Under the pieces are notes generated by a model. It was not told where the DNA came from. It saw only the letters and a program-made list of their open reading frames with translations, and searched no databases. The position numbers and the translations under genes were made by a program. A DNA stretch of 53,950 bases, counting the filler, from Bipalium vagum (Eukaryota): NCBI GenBank assembly GCA_037834085.1. It is 3 parts of 3 records of this genome, joined end to end, with 100 filler letters (N's around TTAATTAATTAA, not from the genome) between each part and the next. Parts side by side here need not be neighbours in the genome. Positions count along the whole stretch, not along the records: positions 1 to 15,541 come from JBBMKC010160728.1; 2 more parts are not named here. The stretch is one strand, 5' to 3'. This document shows, piece by piece, positions 1 through 13,500 of this stretch (the first letter of the stretch is position 1; the number at the start of each line of letters is the position of its first letter).

Positions 1-109
1 CATAAAAGGCAAAGAGTAAAAAGAAGAAAAAGGATAAAAAGGAAATCAATTATAAGACGATTATATATATCAATAGCGTCGTTCAAACATCAAATTAATT
101 GTTTTGCTC

Positions 110-149
<40 letters not shown>
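110..149. repeat. (AAT)n microsatellite
   Basis: Direct run of aat units. Confidence 0.95.
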
Positions 150-151
<2 letters not shown>

Positions 152-700
152 CTTATTCTTCAGTCTTTTAAGATATTATTAAATCCAAAATCTCAATATA
201 TCTAGATATCAAACTCTTGTTTGCATCAATACAAATATTTCTGCATCACATTTCAGATCAATATCTGGGGCACCTCTTCGCTGCAGTTCAACAAGATTTT
301 GAAAATTAACATGTACATAAGCCCAAGTAAAACCTTTTGGAATTGACATCGTCAAAGCCTTCTAAAGCTTCGTAGAAGTACGAATTGGCGGTCTTGAAAT
401 TCCTGTCGTATGCCAGGTGTAATGTCACTTTTTATATCGAGAGATACCTAGAGCTTTGGTGAACAATAGATCCCATTGACTGTGGTTATAACAGACATCA
501 AAACTGCTTTGGAACGCTGAAGGTTGGACAGAAAGTATCAGACTCTGATCTGCAGCAAATGTACTTCCAATAACAGTCCTTTATCATAGAGTTTTTTCAG
601 TCTTCTTAATAATGCAGACCCAAATTGAGTTCATAAAACTTTAAAACATCGACAGTACAATATATTCACCAAAACAAAATTAAATCATGTTTGCATTGAG
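150..700 (-). mobile_element. Decayed Helitron/Helentron-like Rep fragment
   Basis: Minus-strand translation with stops and frameshifts gives ...DRQFVLLRSFR...ALTMSIPKGFTWAYVHVNF-QNLVELQRRGAPDIDL. ELQRRGAP (about 267-289) resembles the Helitron Rep HUH motif E-x-Q-x-R-G-x-P-H-x-H with the His residues lost. Confidence 0.35.
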
Positions 701-2242
701 TAATGACAATTTATCATTCCTTCTTTAAAACCTTTTCGGTTGACAAGTGTCACTTTCCTGAGATTTTGAGAAAATTTAATAAATTTTAGGTCAAGTTTAC
801 ATTCTTATCTGTTGCATCAATAAATAAGTCGAAATCTTCTCCAGATACAAAAATTCCTTTAACAAATTAAAATAGAATCCCATAATTTCATTAACATTCA
901 AACTTATCGATCATAGTATATCGGGACAAATCAATTTAAAAATCAAATCTCCTCTGATGACTTTTTTTCCATATTGATTCGGTAAGATGAAATTGTAACA
1001 TGTTGAATTAATCCACATTTTTTACGAATGCCCCGGAAAACTCAACTTCATCTGTTACAGCAAAAAAATCAGACCAACAATGTCATTGACAAGCAGAATT
1101 GCATTATAATTAGTAACAGATACATTTCTTGGAATTATTATTTTTATTTCGGAGCGACTTTGGAACTCAACAATATACAAACAACTAAAATTGATTAGCA
1201 ATAAGTTATAGAATAAATAAAAATGTCTGTTGGTTTATTATTATGCAGTCTTATCATTATCACAATAATTTTTTATTACTGTAAGTAACGCTAATTATGT
1301 ATCATCAAAATTACTGATCTTCAGTTTCCGTACCGTTATTATTAGTACCGTAATTATTTATTATTTTTCAAAAATATTCTTCATTATTATTATTATTTTC
1401 AGACAATGAACAGACACTGATCTAAGTGATTGAATTAAATTAAAATTAAATCTAATAGATTCCACAAACAATCTCCGGTTGAATTATAAGGAATCGTTGA
1501 ACATTTTATACCTTCGATATTGATTTTTTTATTCCTACAAAAAAATGAAAACATTGTGCCAGGTGTGTATCAACAAGAATTATGGGAATTTGTGTGTGTG
1601 CGTTGGTTATATTCTGTTCATTGATTTTGAAGCATTCAGTTTCCCTAAAAAAAGTTTTGTAAGGTCCTAGGCAAGCAGCTTCTAGTTTACTACTCGTGAA
1701 TGTTTACCTATGGCTTAAATGAAGTGTCTTTCTCTTCAGGCTTCGACCTTTATTCTTCCATATCAGTATTTTCTGAGCATAAATCACTGACATGACTATA
1801 CCTAAGCCTCCAAAACAGTGAACATAAATTTTATGATTAAAATATTTTCGATATAAGACAATTTTAAACTGAGCACCGAACATAACTTCCGATTTAGGAG
1901 AGGAAGTCTAAAGTAATCAAAAAATGTAATAATAATGGTCAAATCACAGAAATTTTAAATGAGCGTGGAACCGTCTTCCATCGGGAAAAAGCCTTGGCAA
2001 TCAAAATCACTTTTCCATGTTAAAATTATTCATTAAAAATTTTAAAAAGACGACAAAAGAAATTTTTTTAAACATTTATTGAAATATACTTGAAATGTGT
2101 CATGTATAATATAATAGTAATAATGATAATAATAATAATAATAATTCAATTAATCGGCATCACAGAAACAATATCACACATGTCATGAGAAAAGTAAAAG
2201 TCGGTGAATGACAGACGCTCGATTAAAGACGAGCCGAAAATG

Positions 2243-2441
2243 TTACGAATTTGGGGACTGGTGATTCTCCAAAAAATTATCAGATCTGAAATCAATAAAA
2301 TCGATAAACGAATGTTTCTTAGCGCAATCAATATACAACCATGCTGATCCAATCTGTTCAATTTGCTCAGATATTTCACATTGTATCGAGTCGATTTGCA
2401 TTCTGAGATCGTCGATGCACTTAGTCAATCGTGTCTGGGGT
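2243..2441 (-). CDS. GOLGA3: GOLGA3-like golgin, C-terminal exon (coding exon 3)
   Basis: Acceptor ttattgtttcag|A at 2441 is phase-compatible with the phase-2 donor at 6396. It encodes (R)PQTRLTKCIDDLRMQIDSIQCEISEQIEQIGSAW, which resembles the golgin-160 C-terminal LNSCLQQLKQEMDSLQRQMEEH segment. The exact end is uncertain: TAA at 2243-2245, or a 54-nt intron at 2339-2286. Confidence 0.7.
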
Positions 2442-2692
2442 CTGAAACAATAAAAGACTTGGTAGACAATGAAGAGGAGTTCTCAAACGATCTCTTGCTT
2501 TACGTAAATACGTGATTGTTAATTTCACACCATTTTTCCTTTGCAAAAACCAATTTTGATCGTGTAACAGAGTGATTATGATAACATCAATGCGTATAGT
2601 GGTTCGAAGATGGAAAGTTTTTTGTATTTTAGAAAACATTGAAATTTAATAGAAAATGTGGAAAAGCTCTTATTCAAACCCCATACGCGCTA

Positions 2693-2700
2693 TATTATTA

Positions 2701-2738
<38 letters not shown>
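2693..2738. repeat. (TTA)n microsatellite
   Basis: Direct run of tta units with one interruption. Confidence 0.9.
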
Positions 2739-2740
<2 letters not shown>

Positions 2741-3619
2741 AGATCTATTTTGATTTAACTTTTGCAATTACCGTTTGTGTCAATTTATAATTTTGATCTT
2801 TGGGAACAATACAATTTTTTAAATTATTAAAAATTTATAATAAATTTATAATAGAATAATCAAAATTTTAAAAAACAAAATTTTATTCAATGAGAGCTTT
2901 CTTAATACCAACGAATGTCATCAATGTCTATGGCCCTAATGATATTCTTTTATTCTTTAAAAAATTTTAATAAAATAACATTGAAATAAATCATTAAAAA
3001 AATTAGCCATATAAATTTAATAATCGATCGAAAATTTCAAATATGAAAGTATTGAATTAAAACATATTATTGAAATTTATATTAATATAGGATTCCCACG
3101 GTTTGACTGAATTTCTTTGAATACCCAGATTTGTGAAGTCTCAAAATAAAATATCAAGAAACTTAAACCTATGGATTACAGACCGATAGATGTTGTTACG
3201 CACTTTTCTATAATTGTATATATAACGGTCTTGTGGCAGAAAGTCGGATTTGAAGAGTCTGTGCAGGGTACAAAGTAATTGTAATTATCTTTTGTTCAAT
3301 ATACTTCAACCACAAACACTGAAAATATGAGACAGTCAGAAAAAATTAAGAATGCGACGTCTGATATATTCTCATATTACATAAGTAAAGATTTAATTAA
3401 AAATTTCATGACAAGATCAAAGATGGGTAAATATTGTGAAATTAAAAACTTGAAAAAATTAATGAATAATAACAATTTTAATAAAATCAAACTAATAATT
3501 ATGATAATAATAATCCAGTTAAATTACGGAATATGATATAATCCGTAATGTTGAGCGGAGGAAAACGATTCCGTATTTTAATAGAAAAAATGAAAAAAAA
3601 GATTTTATTAAGCCACAGA

Positions 3620-4320
3620 GGATCCTTTTCCATTGATAATCTTTTGTCATTTTTCAGTTGGTCATTATTGAATCACCGAAAAATTGCATCAAATATTCGT
3701 AAAATTTCTTCACAGAACTGAACTTTATCCCACTGATTGAATTCTGTAGAAATCTAAGTAAATTTGGAATGTACGGTGTATACATCATTACATCTCAGTC
3801 AAACTCGTTCAATCTATGTCGTGATTTCAAATATGTTTATGGTCTGGTTACTATCATTCTGGAATGCAATTGTATTCCCGTTTATTATATTTGACATGGT
3901 TTCTTCAAATAGTTTTAATATTAATAATTGATCACAGTACAGATAAAAATCAAACGCTTTATTGGACATCATAAGTTCATAATAAATGATTCCTATTCAA
4001 TTCCACCAGACACAACGTTATTTTGTTGAAGTCAATTCCTTTTTTGTACCGTTTGAGGAGTTTCTCCCTTACATGGACCAAGATCTAGTTCGAACATTAT
4101 TGACACAGATAACCCATTTTTATACTTCCGTAATATTTTGTTTCAGAAATGGTTCACTTTGATTTTTTATATAGTGATCTAATGATTAAAAATCTGTCCA
4201 TTCGACGTAAAACATTATCATTTTCATTTTTTATTGATGACGAAAAGTATTTTCGTCGACCCAATATATATAACGTCTAATTTATATTAATATTGACAAT
4301 AACTGTTTGAGTGGATAAAA
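3620..4320 (-). mobile_element. Decayed mariner transposase remnant inside a golgin intron
   Basis: Minus-strand fragments ETPQT..TKITLC/WWN*IGIIYYELM..LYCDQL..IAFQNDS match mariner KVMLCVWW.xGVIHYELL...YCxQL...HDNARPH, with many stops and frameshifts. Confidence 0.65.
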
Positions 4321-6395
4321 ATACTGTTCTAAAATATTAACCATGAAACTCATTGGACACTAAATAATTTATTCAAATTTTTTTTCAATCGATAAAATCA
4401 CAGAAAAAAGACGATTTTGTTAAGCAATGTCCACGTATAAAATACTTATTTCATATTTTAAGACAAAACCATTTTCAGACAGTTTGGAAGAATAAATATT
4501 TTGACCAGTTAAATTTTTTGACCTAAGGAAGAATTTTCTTATTGTCCTTTATTCGCTTGTTTCACATTTGGATTTTTAAAAATCTCAAATCATTATTTAT
4601 GTATTTATTATTATTATAAATTTATTTAAAAATTAATAACAAATAATAATAATATTTATTTCAAATAAATAAATAATAATTTTATAATTAATTTATTTAT
4701 TCATTTTTAATTTTAGTTAAGAAAAATGAACAGCGAAATTTTTTATTCAAACGTCTTACTTGACAAAGTTCTTTAAAAAAATAGTAACCAATGTTTATAA
4801 TCAATATTTTCTATTATAAAGCGAGATAAATAAATTGTATAACTTTTTATAAAAAATAAAATTCAATATTGCAAGCATCAATATTGCATTGGACTTACAA
4901 AAATTATGAAGAGCGCGTTAATCAACTAAAATAACACCAAATATAAAATTAGTAAATGTGAAAAAGATAAAAATATTTGAAATAATTGATTTTCTAACTG
5001 ATAATTTAAAGTGGAAATCGAAATAGTGTTAAAATTATAATACTATGAAATCTATGCTCCATAACTTTCACTTAGAATAATAAGTAAACCGTAACTTTTG
5101 CTAACTACATTCTCAGTCTTTTTCAATTCATGTCAAAAAATCGATAAATTTTTTTATATTTTTTGGTTATTTAAATGACAAAATCAAAAAAACGAACACA
5201 ATTTCATAATACTGAAGAAAATTCTCTTTGATTAACTTTGAGTTTGAGTCCCTAATGGCATAAAAGAAGTTTTACTAACCTGGCATAAATGAAGCCGAAA
5301 AAATCAACTAAGAAATATATTTTTTTAAAAACTGAAAAATATAATATATACATTGATTATTGCCAAGAAAAGCGAAACAAGTAGAATAACCAAGGTGTTA
5401 GATTATTAATAATTGTATTAATATTATTAAAAATACACAAATTTCGACAAGCCTTTTCTTTCTAAAGTATTTTCGGATTCAGTCTGAAAACATGAAAAAA
5501 ATTTAATTTTTGAAGTGATTTCTAAGAGATCATAAGGAAAAATATTATCCAAACTGATCACAAATAATAAATAAATTTCAATAATAAAATCGGACGTACT
5601 TTTCAATGATTTATGAAAATAAACTGCGGGAAATTATTTAAGAATTGTGTTTTTAAAAACTTAAGACCCTCATAAAATAAGCCAATCGCTTTGGATTTTA
5701 TAGAATTAAATTTTTTTATTTTTTAATTAGATATAATTGAATTTTCATTTAATCGTATGGATAATGTTTCATTTTTCAAATTTTTATTTCTTTAGATTGC
5801 TTTTCAAATATAATTTTAAAATTGATGTAAGGGTTTCTCCGAGAATAAATGGATCAATCGTTGATTTTCAGAGTAGTGCCAATTACTTAATTTTTATTGA
5901 AATGTAAAAAGTAGTCAAAACATTCATTAACACTATTAAAAATAAGTAAAATAATAATTTCAATAAAACTGAAAAGTTGAATAATCAAAATGTCAAAAGT
6001 AAAGTGATTTTTTTGAAGATAAAATCAAAAAAATATTGATTATAATTATAATGAAAAGTGTAAATGGATTATTCTAACTCTTGGATTTTAGGGACCAATA
6101 ATTTTAAAACAAAGTTCAAACTATTTCAATATTAAAAAATATTAATTTTCCATTGGTGTCTACGTAGGAGTTTTACTGTTTATCTAGAATCTCTTAAATT
6201 AAGAATTATTATTATTATTAAACATTTTAAAATTATGTCACACCAAAAAAGAAATTTAAAACTTTAGTTTGTCAAAGGCTTATATTGAAATTTAAATAAA
6301 TCTATTTCAAACTAAGAAAATATTAATAATCAATAATTTTTTTTCTAGTGAAGAAGAATGCAGAGAAAAAAAGCCCGAAATAAATTTCCACCCAC

Positions 6396-6616
6396 CTCAA
6401 ATTTGAAACCGGATCTTGGGACTCCTTTAACAATTTTTGCAGCTGTTTCAAGTCATCAGATGTGAGATTAATGGAATTGACCATGTCGTCGTTCTTATGG
6501 AATATTATTCTTTGAATTTCCGATCTCAACTGTTTCAAAATTGTCGTCATAACGATGTCTTGTTGATTAGACAATTCTATGCGTCTTGTTAGAGAATCAT
6601 TCCGACTCTTCACGTC
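6396..6616 (-). CDS. GOLGA3: GOLGA3-like golgin, coding exon 2
   Basis: Acceptor ggttttcag|GAC at 6616 (phase 0, matching donor CAG|gtatat at 10600) and donor AG|gtgggt at 6396. Open frame DVKSRNDSLTRRIELSNQQD...LQKLLKESQDPVSNLR is helical/coiled-coil-like. Confidence 0.75.
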
Positions 6617-7799
6617 CTGAAAACCAGTACATAAATTAAAAGATCGATGGTTTATTAGTTTTTATGTAAATATTTTATAGAAAAACTGTGATTAATATTT
6701 TTTGACTCATTCAACAACTCCGTAACTAAGTGGAATTGAGAAATAAAATCCGAAACAATGATCCTTGACTGCAAAGGGTTTAGTCGACGACATAAACTAT
6801 AAATTCGACAGCAGTTGTCGATTGTGCCGGGGACTCCTTTCAAAGATTAAGAGTCTAAGAAAATATTCAACATCCCAGACAATTTTTAAAATTAAAATAG
6901 TTTTGAAAAAATATTTTTTTACCTCCTTACTTAACATAAATGTGAGATATAAACATTTCGGCTCTGCGTCGTTTGACTGTCGACAGTGGACAAGTGCCAT
7001 AATAAAGGAAGGCCAGTGATAAATGACAACCGATGACTCAAGCCAATTAGTTGGCTATTTTCTGGTTTGAAATTATTGGTTTCTGTTGAATCTTTTACAG
7101 ACTTCTGTCACCATCAGTGACAACATACCACGCAGTGCTTTTGAAGTCGGTCTGTAGCGTTGAACTAGATTGAAACAATATTTCCAAGATCCAAAAAGTA
7201 AACTCAGCCCGAAAACAATGAAAGTAAAGCGAGTTAGCTAAATGAAAATAATCGATTTTTTTCAAAGGATGCAAAGGAGAAATGATGAAACAGAATTTTT
7301 TTGTATTTTTGTCATCAGAACAGCTATAAACACCTCTTTCTACTAAAAGAAGGCAAAGGATTTACTTATATAATTACTTTTCTTTTTTCATATTGATATT
7401 ATATAATTGATTATTGTTAATTAAGCTGAGTTCTAAAATCAATAATCTCGATTAAGCCTATACAATCAATTTCATATAGAACCCACACCGCAGAGTTTGG
7501 CATTGTTCCATAATTTTCATAAATTTAAAAATTACAATCAATGTTGCACAAAATTGATATTTGAAATTTATTTATAAAAATATATCAAATATAAATAAAA
7601 TATAAAATAAAGATTAAAATAAACAGTATTAAAAAATTATTATTTTTATTAAATATATTTCCAGTAATTTTTTTAAGTGTTCTCAAAATCAAAATTTGCT
7701 AAAGTTGTGTGCTTCACTGGAATTATATTACTTTTTCGTGTTTACACAAGATCAGTTAGAGGTGAATTACTTTTCAATGTATGCTTAAAGAATTTACAG

Positions 7800-8245
7800 A
7801 CAAATAATCCTTTTCAGAGGAGCTGTAAAAGTTGAGGACGTGTGGTTGTCTAAACACTCATTGAGATTAGTAACAAATAGCTTTTTCAGCGTGAGTTCTT
7901 CAATTACAACACAAAATAATCAACTTGTCTACAAAGCAAATCAGCACTCAAAGTTTTAGACATGAGCTAGCGTGTGAAAATCCTTAAAATTTTATTTTGA
8001 TTCTCAGACAATCGATTTATGTCAAAATCTGTCTTATATTTGTTTGGTCAATATTTTAATTGCAAATAGAAATGCATATATTGGAGGACACAAAAAACTA
8101 AGAAAACACTGTCTACGTGTTATTCACTGTTGTAAAATAAGGGGGCCCAAGCTATCAAGAACTTTTTTGATATAATTTGAAAACTTATACAAACTTTAGA
8201 AAACGAAAATTGGCCTACGTCTGAAACGTGTCATAAATCAATAAT
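7800..8245 (+). mobile_element. Possible Penelope-like retroelement 3' relic (GIY-YIG fragment)
   Basis: Degenerate CLV..FNC..NAYIG(G) around 8041-8090 resembles the PLE GIY-YIG VYxxxCxCxxxYIGxT. It is followed by gaaacgtgtc...aataa at about 8223-8244, typical of PLE termini. Confidence 0.3.
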
Positions 8246-10599
8246 TTCTAATTATAATCTTAAATTATTTATTTGAGAATACTTTCGATAATGTAATTTA
8301 AAATGGCTGCTTTTTAAGATAAGATTAAAAAAATTAACCATTCATATTATCAGAGGGTTTTAGAAAATGAAAATTTTCACTTAGGTGACACGGTAAATAT
8401 TATCAAAATCCTAAATAATAAATATAAAAAATGGAGACGTGAAAATAACAATAAAAGCTGGATAATATGAATATTAAGGTATTCAGATATCAAAATCAAA
8501 ATAAGGTTATTTTTTTATGAAAAAAATTAATAATAATCAAAGATATTAATAATATAAAATAATAATAAATCAATACTATTAAAATCAGTGAAATTGATTT
8601 TCTAGATAAAATAATTTTCACTGGTTTTAAAAAGGTAAAAACAATAAAATGAAATGATGAAATTATTTTTGTTAAAAGATAAAGCGAGAACTTCTTTCTT
8701 TATCTATCAAAAGTAATCTTTTATTACTAATTTATTAATATTAATAAAAATCTTATCTAAAATGGTAAATAAATTTAAGTCTTAAAAGTACTTTTTGAAA
8801 ATAATTTTATGTTGTCAGATGAAAAAAATAATGTTAAAAAAGGACTACGCAAAATTAACTGTTACTGTAAATCGGGAAAAAATGCTTTTACAAGTTATCT
8901 TATTTAAAAAATTTTTTATATGCGTATAAGAAAATTAAAAACGATAGAATACAAAATTTTATAATGCAATAAAACACCGAAAATAAATAACGGATTGTCT
9001 AACGAGGTTTCACTGCCTATAGTAAGGATATTACTAAAACTAAGTTTTGAAATTAAAATAATCAATATATTGATCATTATCGGAATTTGATAATTTCAAA
9101 AATAAAATGTTTTGTAGTTGTATTTTTAAAATTGAATTTTTAAAATAAATAATTTAAACAATTTCATAATTAAAATTTTATTAAAAATATAATATGAAAA
9201 AATATTAATTTTAATCTTGTGAACATAATCAATTTTTTTTCGACTATACGATTTTCATCAATTGACAACAAAATTTGTTAATGAATTTATTATCATAAAA
9301 CATTTCTCGAACTTTTTATTAGGTCTTCTTCATTGAACTCCCTGTTATAATTTAAATACTGCGTTTTATCTCCCGTCAACTCGATACATCATACTTCTCC
9401 AGCCCATGCTTTAAGATCTTGCATCATGATTGGATTTCTGCTTTTGATTGGCACCACATAACATGGCTCCTAGTCTTTTTTATAATATAGTATTCCTTTT
9501 TTCAATTTAAAACTATATTTCAACTTTGAACAGATTTTCCCATGCTTACGGAAAATCATGTCCATTAATGAAATAAATAGATATTTTTAGTTAGTGCTAC
9601 ATGTTTGATTAAAGAAGTAATATTGACTTTCAATTCTTCATAATCTTTCAAGGAAACAAGACTAAGAATTTATCAATGTACCAAGTGTAAATATCTAAAA
9701 TGAAATTAACAAAGAAACTTAAATATTTAGATTCAAAGAGAGGATAAAAATTAATAGGAAAACATTGAAGAATTGATTTTTGAATATCGAAACATTTTTG
9801 GATCAAAAATTAAATTAAAAATATATTTGAGTAATTATTTTGCAATTGCCTAACGTAATCTTGTTCAGCTAAATAAACATATTATCAACAGATTTTAGAA
9901 ATGGAAAATGTTATATTGGAAATAATCAATATCTGTAATTAGGGCAAAATTACCATTTATAACCGAGAGGAGCGATCAAAATATTGAAAGGGCACGATAT
10001 ATGAATGATTTAGCTGATGTTTCAAAAATATGTCATAAAGCTATCAATGGGTAAAATAGTCTTGACAGATTTGATATTTCGCAAAGTATCATGAAAACCG
10101 GTGAAATTTACAATGAGAAAATTTTTAAAACCAAACACAAAAATCAATATATTTTCAATAATGCTGAATAAAACAGTTTTGGTGAGACTTTTTTTACAAT
10201 GAAATGTTATTTTAAGATTCTAATAGTCTCTACGTCGATAAAGCTCAAAATATCAGTCAGAAATTTCACAGAGAACAAAACATCTTTTATGAAATATAAT
10301 ATTTTTACATTTTTTCAAATACAAAATCAATAACGAAGAATTTCCAAACAATAATGCAATCATAAATGTCATATTTAATCAATTAAATGAAAAAAAATAC
10401 GCTTGACAAATAAATAAAGAAATAAGTAAAGCTGATTAAAAATTATATGAAATTAGATTCCAAATTAAACAAAATTATAAAAATAAAAACATTGAATATT
10501 TATTAAATATAATAATAAGAATAATTTTTTTTCATTTTTAATCAATATTGCAAAATTTGGTAATCGATTAAATAAAACATTAGAATAAATGTAATATAC

Positions 10600-13500
10600 C
10601 TGCAGTATCTTAGTCATTTTCTCCAGAGTTTGCTTACTGTCCTTCATCAAATCTTCATTCTTCTTATTGGTATGCTTCGCCTGTACACATTGATGTTTAT
10701 ATTCTTTTTCAAGAGAGTCTGAGGTCTTCTTTTGAGCCTTTGCGGACAAAAGAGCCTGGTCGATATTTTCCAACAGTTTTTGATTTGTATTCGCCAAATT
10801 GCTGTTTTCTTTGATTTTGTTCTGCAGTTCCAATGTCAGCTGATGTTGAGATTCCTTGAGAAATTGATTTTCCTTGCAAACGGCCTCGTATTCGCAACTC
10901 AACCCACTAAAACTCGTCTGCATTTCCTCACATGTTCTCTCAAAATTGTCCACTTTTTTCCTCAACTGGTCAATCACCGAAACGCGTTCTTCCAGTTGGC
11001 AAAGAAAATTGTTTTTGATGCTTTCTTCGGTTGTGAATCGATTGTATTGAACATTAAGAGCCGCTTTCAAGCTCTGAATTTCATCGTCTTTTTTCCACAG
11101 AGCCTCCTCGTGAGTATTAATCAGATGATGAATGTGAGCGTCTTGCCGAGTTAGAGCATTTTCCAAACCTCTGGCATGGTCCTTCATCTTCTCCCAGATA
11201 TACAATATCGCCTCGATTTCACCTTTTTTCCGTTCCAGATCTTCCATCAACACTCGATTGGTATTCTCGAATTCGGCATAAGCCGTCGATTGCTCTTGCA
11301 AAAGAACCATTTTCGTTTTGCAATCCGCCAACTGCTTGTTATATTCATCGACCAAATTGACGATAGCGGTTTCGCAACGGATTTTCTCTTGGCACATGTC
11401 CGAAAATTCTCTGCACGACTTGTCCAGTTGCTCTCTGAATTGTTCCTCTTTCGTTGCCAACTCAACGGTGTGACTGAATTTCAAGTTCTCCAGCTCATTC
11501 TTTAGTTCCCTGTTGTTCTGATCGGCCAATTGCAAATCGTTCTGCGTCGCCGACACCATCTCGTCCTTCATCGTCACCAGCCGTTCTAATTCATCGGTGC
11601 GCTCACTCAGTTTTGCTTTCAAATCGCCCGTAACGTGCTGGTATTCTTCACTCAACTTTTTGTGCTCGCCCACTAATTGACAGTACCCCTCTTCAAGTCG
11701 AGCGTGATCTTCAAACAATTTTCCGTACATTTCCTGGACGCTAGTAAGGCTTTCGATAGTTTTCTGTGCCCGGGCAAAGTCGGCTCTGAACTGTTCCACT
11801 TCGCTTTGGGAATCTGAAATGCTTCTTATCAATTTATTGTTGGTTTGTTGCGCCTCAGTCAGCTGCTCTTCCAGACCGGCGATTGATATATTGGCTAGAT
11901 TCAAGTTGTTCCTCAACGAATCCAGCTCGGCCAGAATCTGCACGTTATTCTGCTGGAATTGTTCACAGCTCTCCAGCAATTGTCTCTTCTCTGTTTTCAA
12001 CAGGGATATGCTCTTTTCTTTGACTATCCCTTCTTCGATTTCCTTGGCCAGTTTCCCCTTCAACTCGTCATGCAAATCTTCCACTAATTTCAACACTTGT
12101 TCTTTGTCGGCCAAATTTTGCCTGGTGATTTCAAATTGATTTTCCACTTGACCGATTTCTTCTCTCAATTTATCAATACCCACGCATGCCTGATCTCGTT
12201 CTGTGCGCACCCGGTCGAAAGACATTTTCAAATTTCCCATTTCTTCTTTCAAACCCAAAATCGTTGTTTCCTTTTCCGTGAAATTCATCTCTAATTGATT
12301 CAAATTCACTTCCAACTCGGTCCGAGCCCGTTCACTTTCCTCTAAATCCCACGATTTTCTCACAAAGTCTTCCTCCAAAAGGGCAAGCTTCTTTCTCACC
12401 TCACTACCTTCCTGTTCCAATTCGTTAATGCTTTTCTGAGCTCCGTTGTACTGGCACTCTACCGCTTCCAGTTCCGTGGACAGTTCTTCGATTCTCTCTT
12501 TCAATTGGCGATTGGTTTCCTTCTCCGCTTCCAATTCATTGATTTTCTCGTTGTATCTATTCATTATTTCTCCGTATTGATCGTGCAACGCTCTTTTCTC
12601 GTCTTCACTGATGAAAAATTCTTTCTGCAACTGTTCCAGTTCAAACAACAGTTCCGTTGTTTGCTGCAGCTTCATTTCCTGGATTTTCGCCAACTTCAAT
12701 TCCAAAAGCTTGTTCTTTTGTCGACATGCGTCTCTGTCCTGGTCGCTTTCCATCAAACAGTTCTTCACTCGATGTATCTCAATCTGCAATTTATCCTTCG
12801 TTTCTTCGGCACTTTTCAACTGATCCTCAAACCAGGACCTGGCTTTTTTCATCGTCTGCAACTCATACTCCAACTGCTCTGCTTTGTACTCACAATTTTC
12901 CTGGTACAATTTCGTTAATTCCAGCTGAGAATGGAACTCGGAAATCTTTTTCTTCAGATCTACGACAACATGATTTTTAGAGTCCAATTCTTCCGTTACT
13001 GATCGAATTTTTTCATTGGCATGCGCCAAATTGTCTTGATATTCCTTTAAATCGTTACCAATCTGTTTGAAATCGATCATTTTGCTCTGAATATCGGATT
13101 GTTGCATGGCCAGAGTGACTTCCAGCTCGCTTATCTTCTTTTGGTCCATCTCTCTGTTTCTTTTTGAAGATTCCAAGTCCTCCTCTAGTGCCTCCATCAG
13201 AGACTTCGTGTCTGCCGATTCTTGCTTCGCTATTTCCAGTTCACTTTGGATGTGGAGTTTACTTTGGAGAAAATTTTCATTTTCTTGGCATAACCGGGAT
13301 AATTTGCTGTTCAGTTTGATATTCATCAATCGCAATCGCTCAGCCTCTGAGTCCACAACGTTATTTTGAGACTCCTTATTTATATTTCTCAACATTTCTG
13401 ACATAAAAGATTCACCGTGATCCCTAGAGACTATATCATCAGCCATTTCATTTATGCGTGATGACTTATTTTCTGCATTTACCGCAATCCTAGTGGCACT

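Noticed and set aside
1540-1800. Possible Gypsy integrase C-terminal trace (KLEAACLGPY) on the minus strand
   Set aside because: Single short motif; too degraded to support as a feature
3327-3536. Short AT-rich ORFs such as 3327..3536, 33446..33658, 43456..43644 and 51674..51874
   Set aside because: I/K/N/F-rich chance frames without splice support or homology cues
10465-10599. Hydrophobic C-terminal tail of the 1087-aa ORF suggesting a membrane anchor
   Set aside because: Read-through into an AT-rich intron after donor CAG|gtatat; the frame continues in the exon at 6616
10709-13369. About a dozen overlapping ORFs on the + strand and in alternative - frames within the golgin exon
   Set aside because: Shadow ORFs from coiled-coil codon bias and higher GC; F/L/S-rich translations with no motifs
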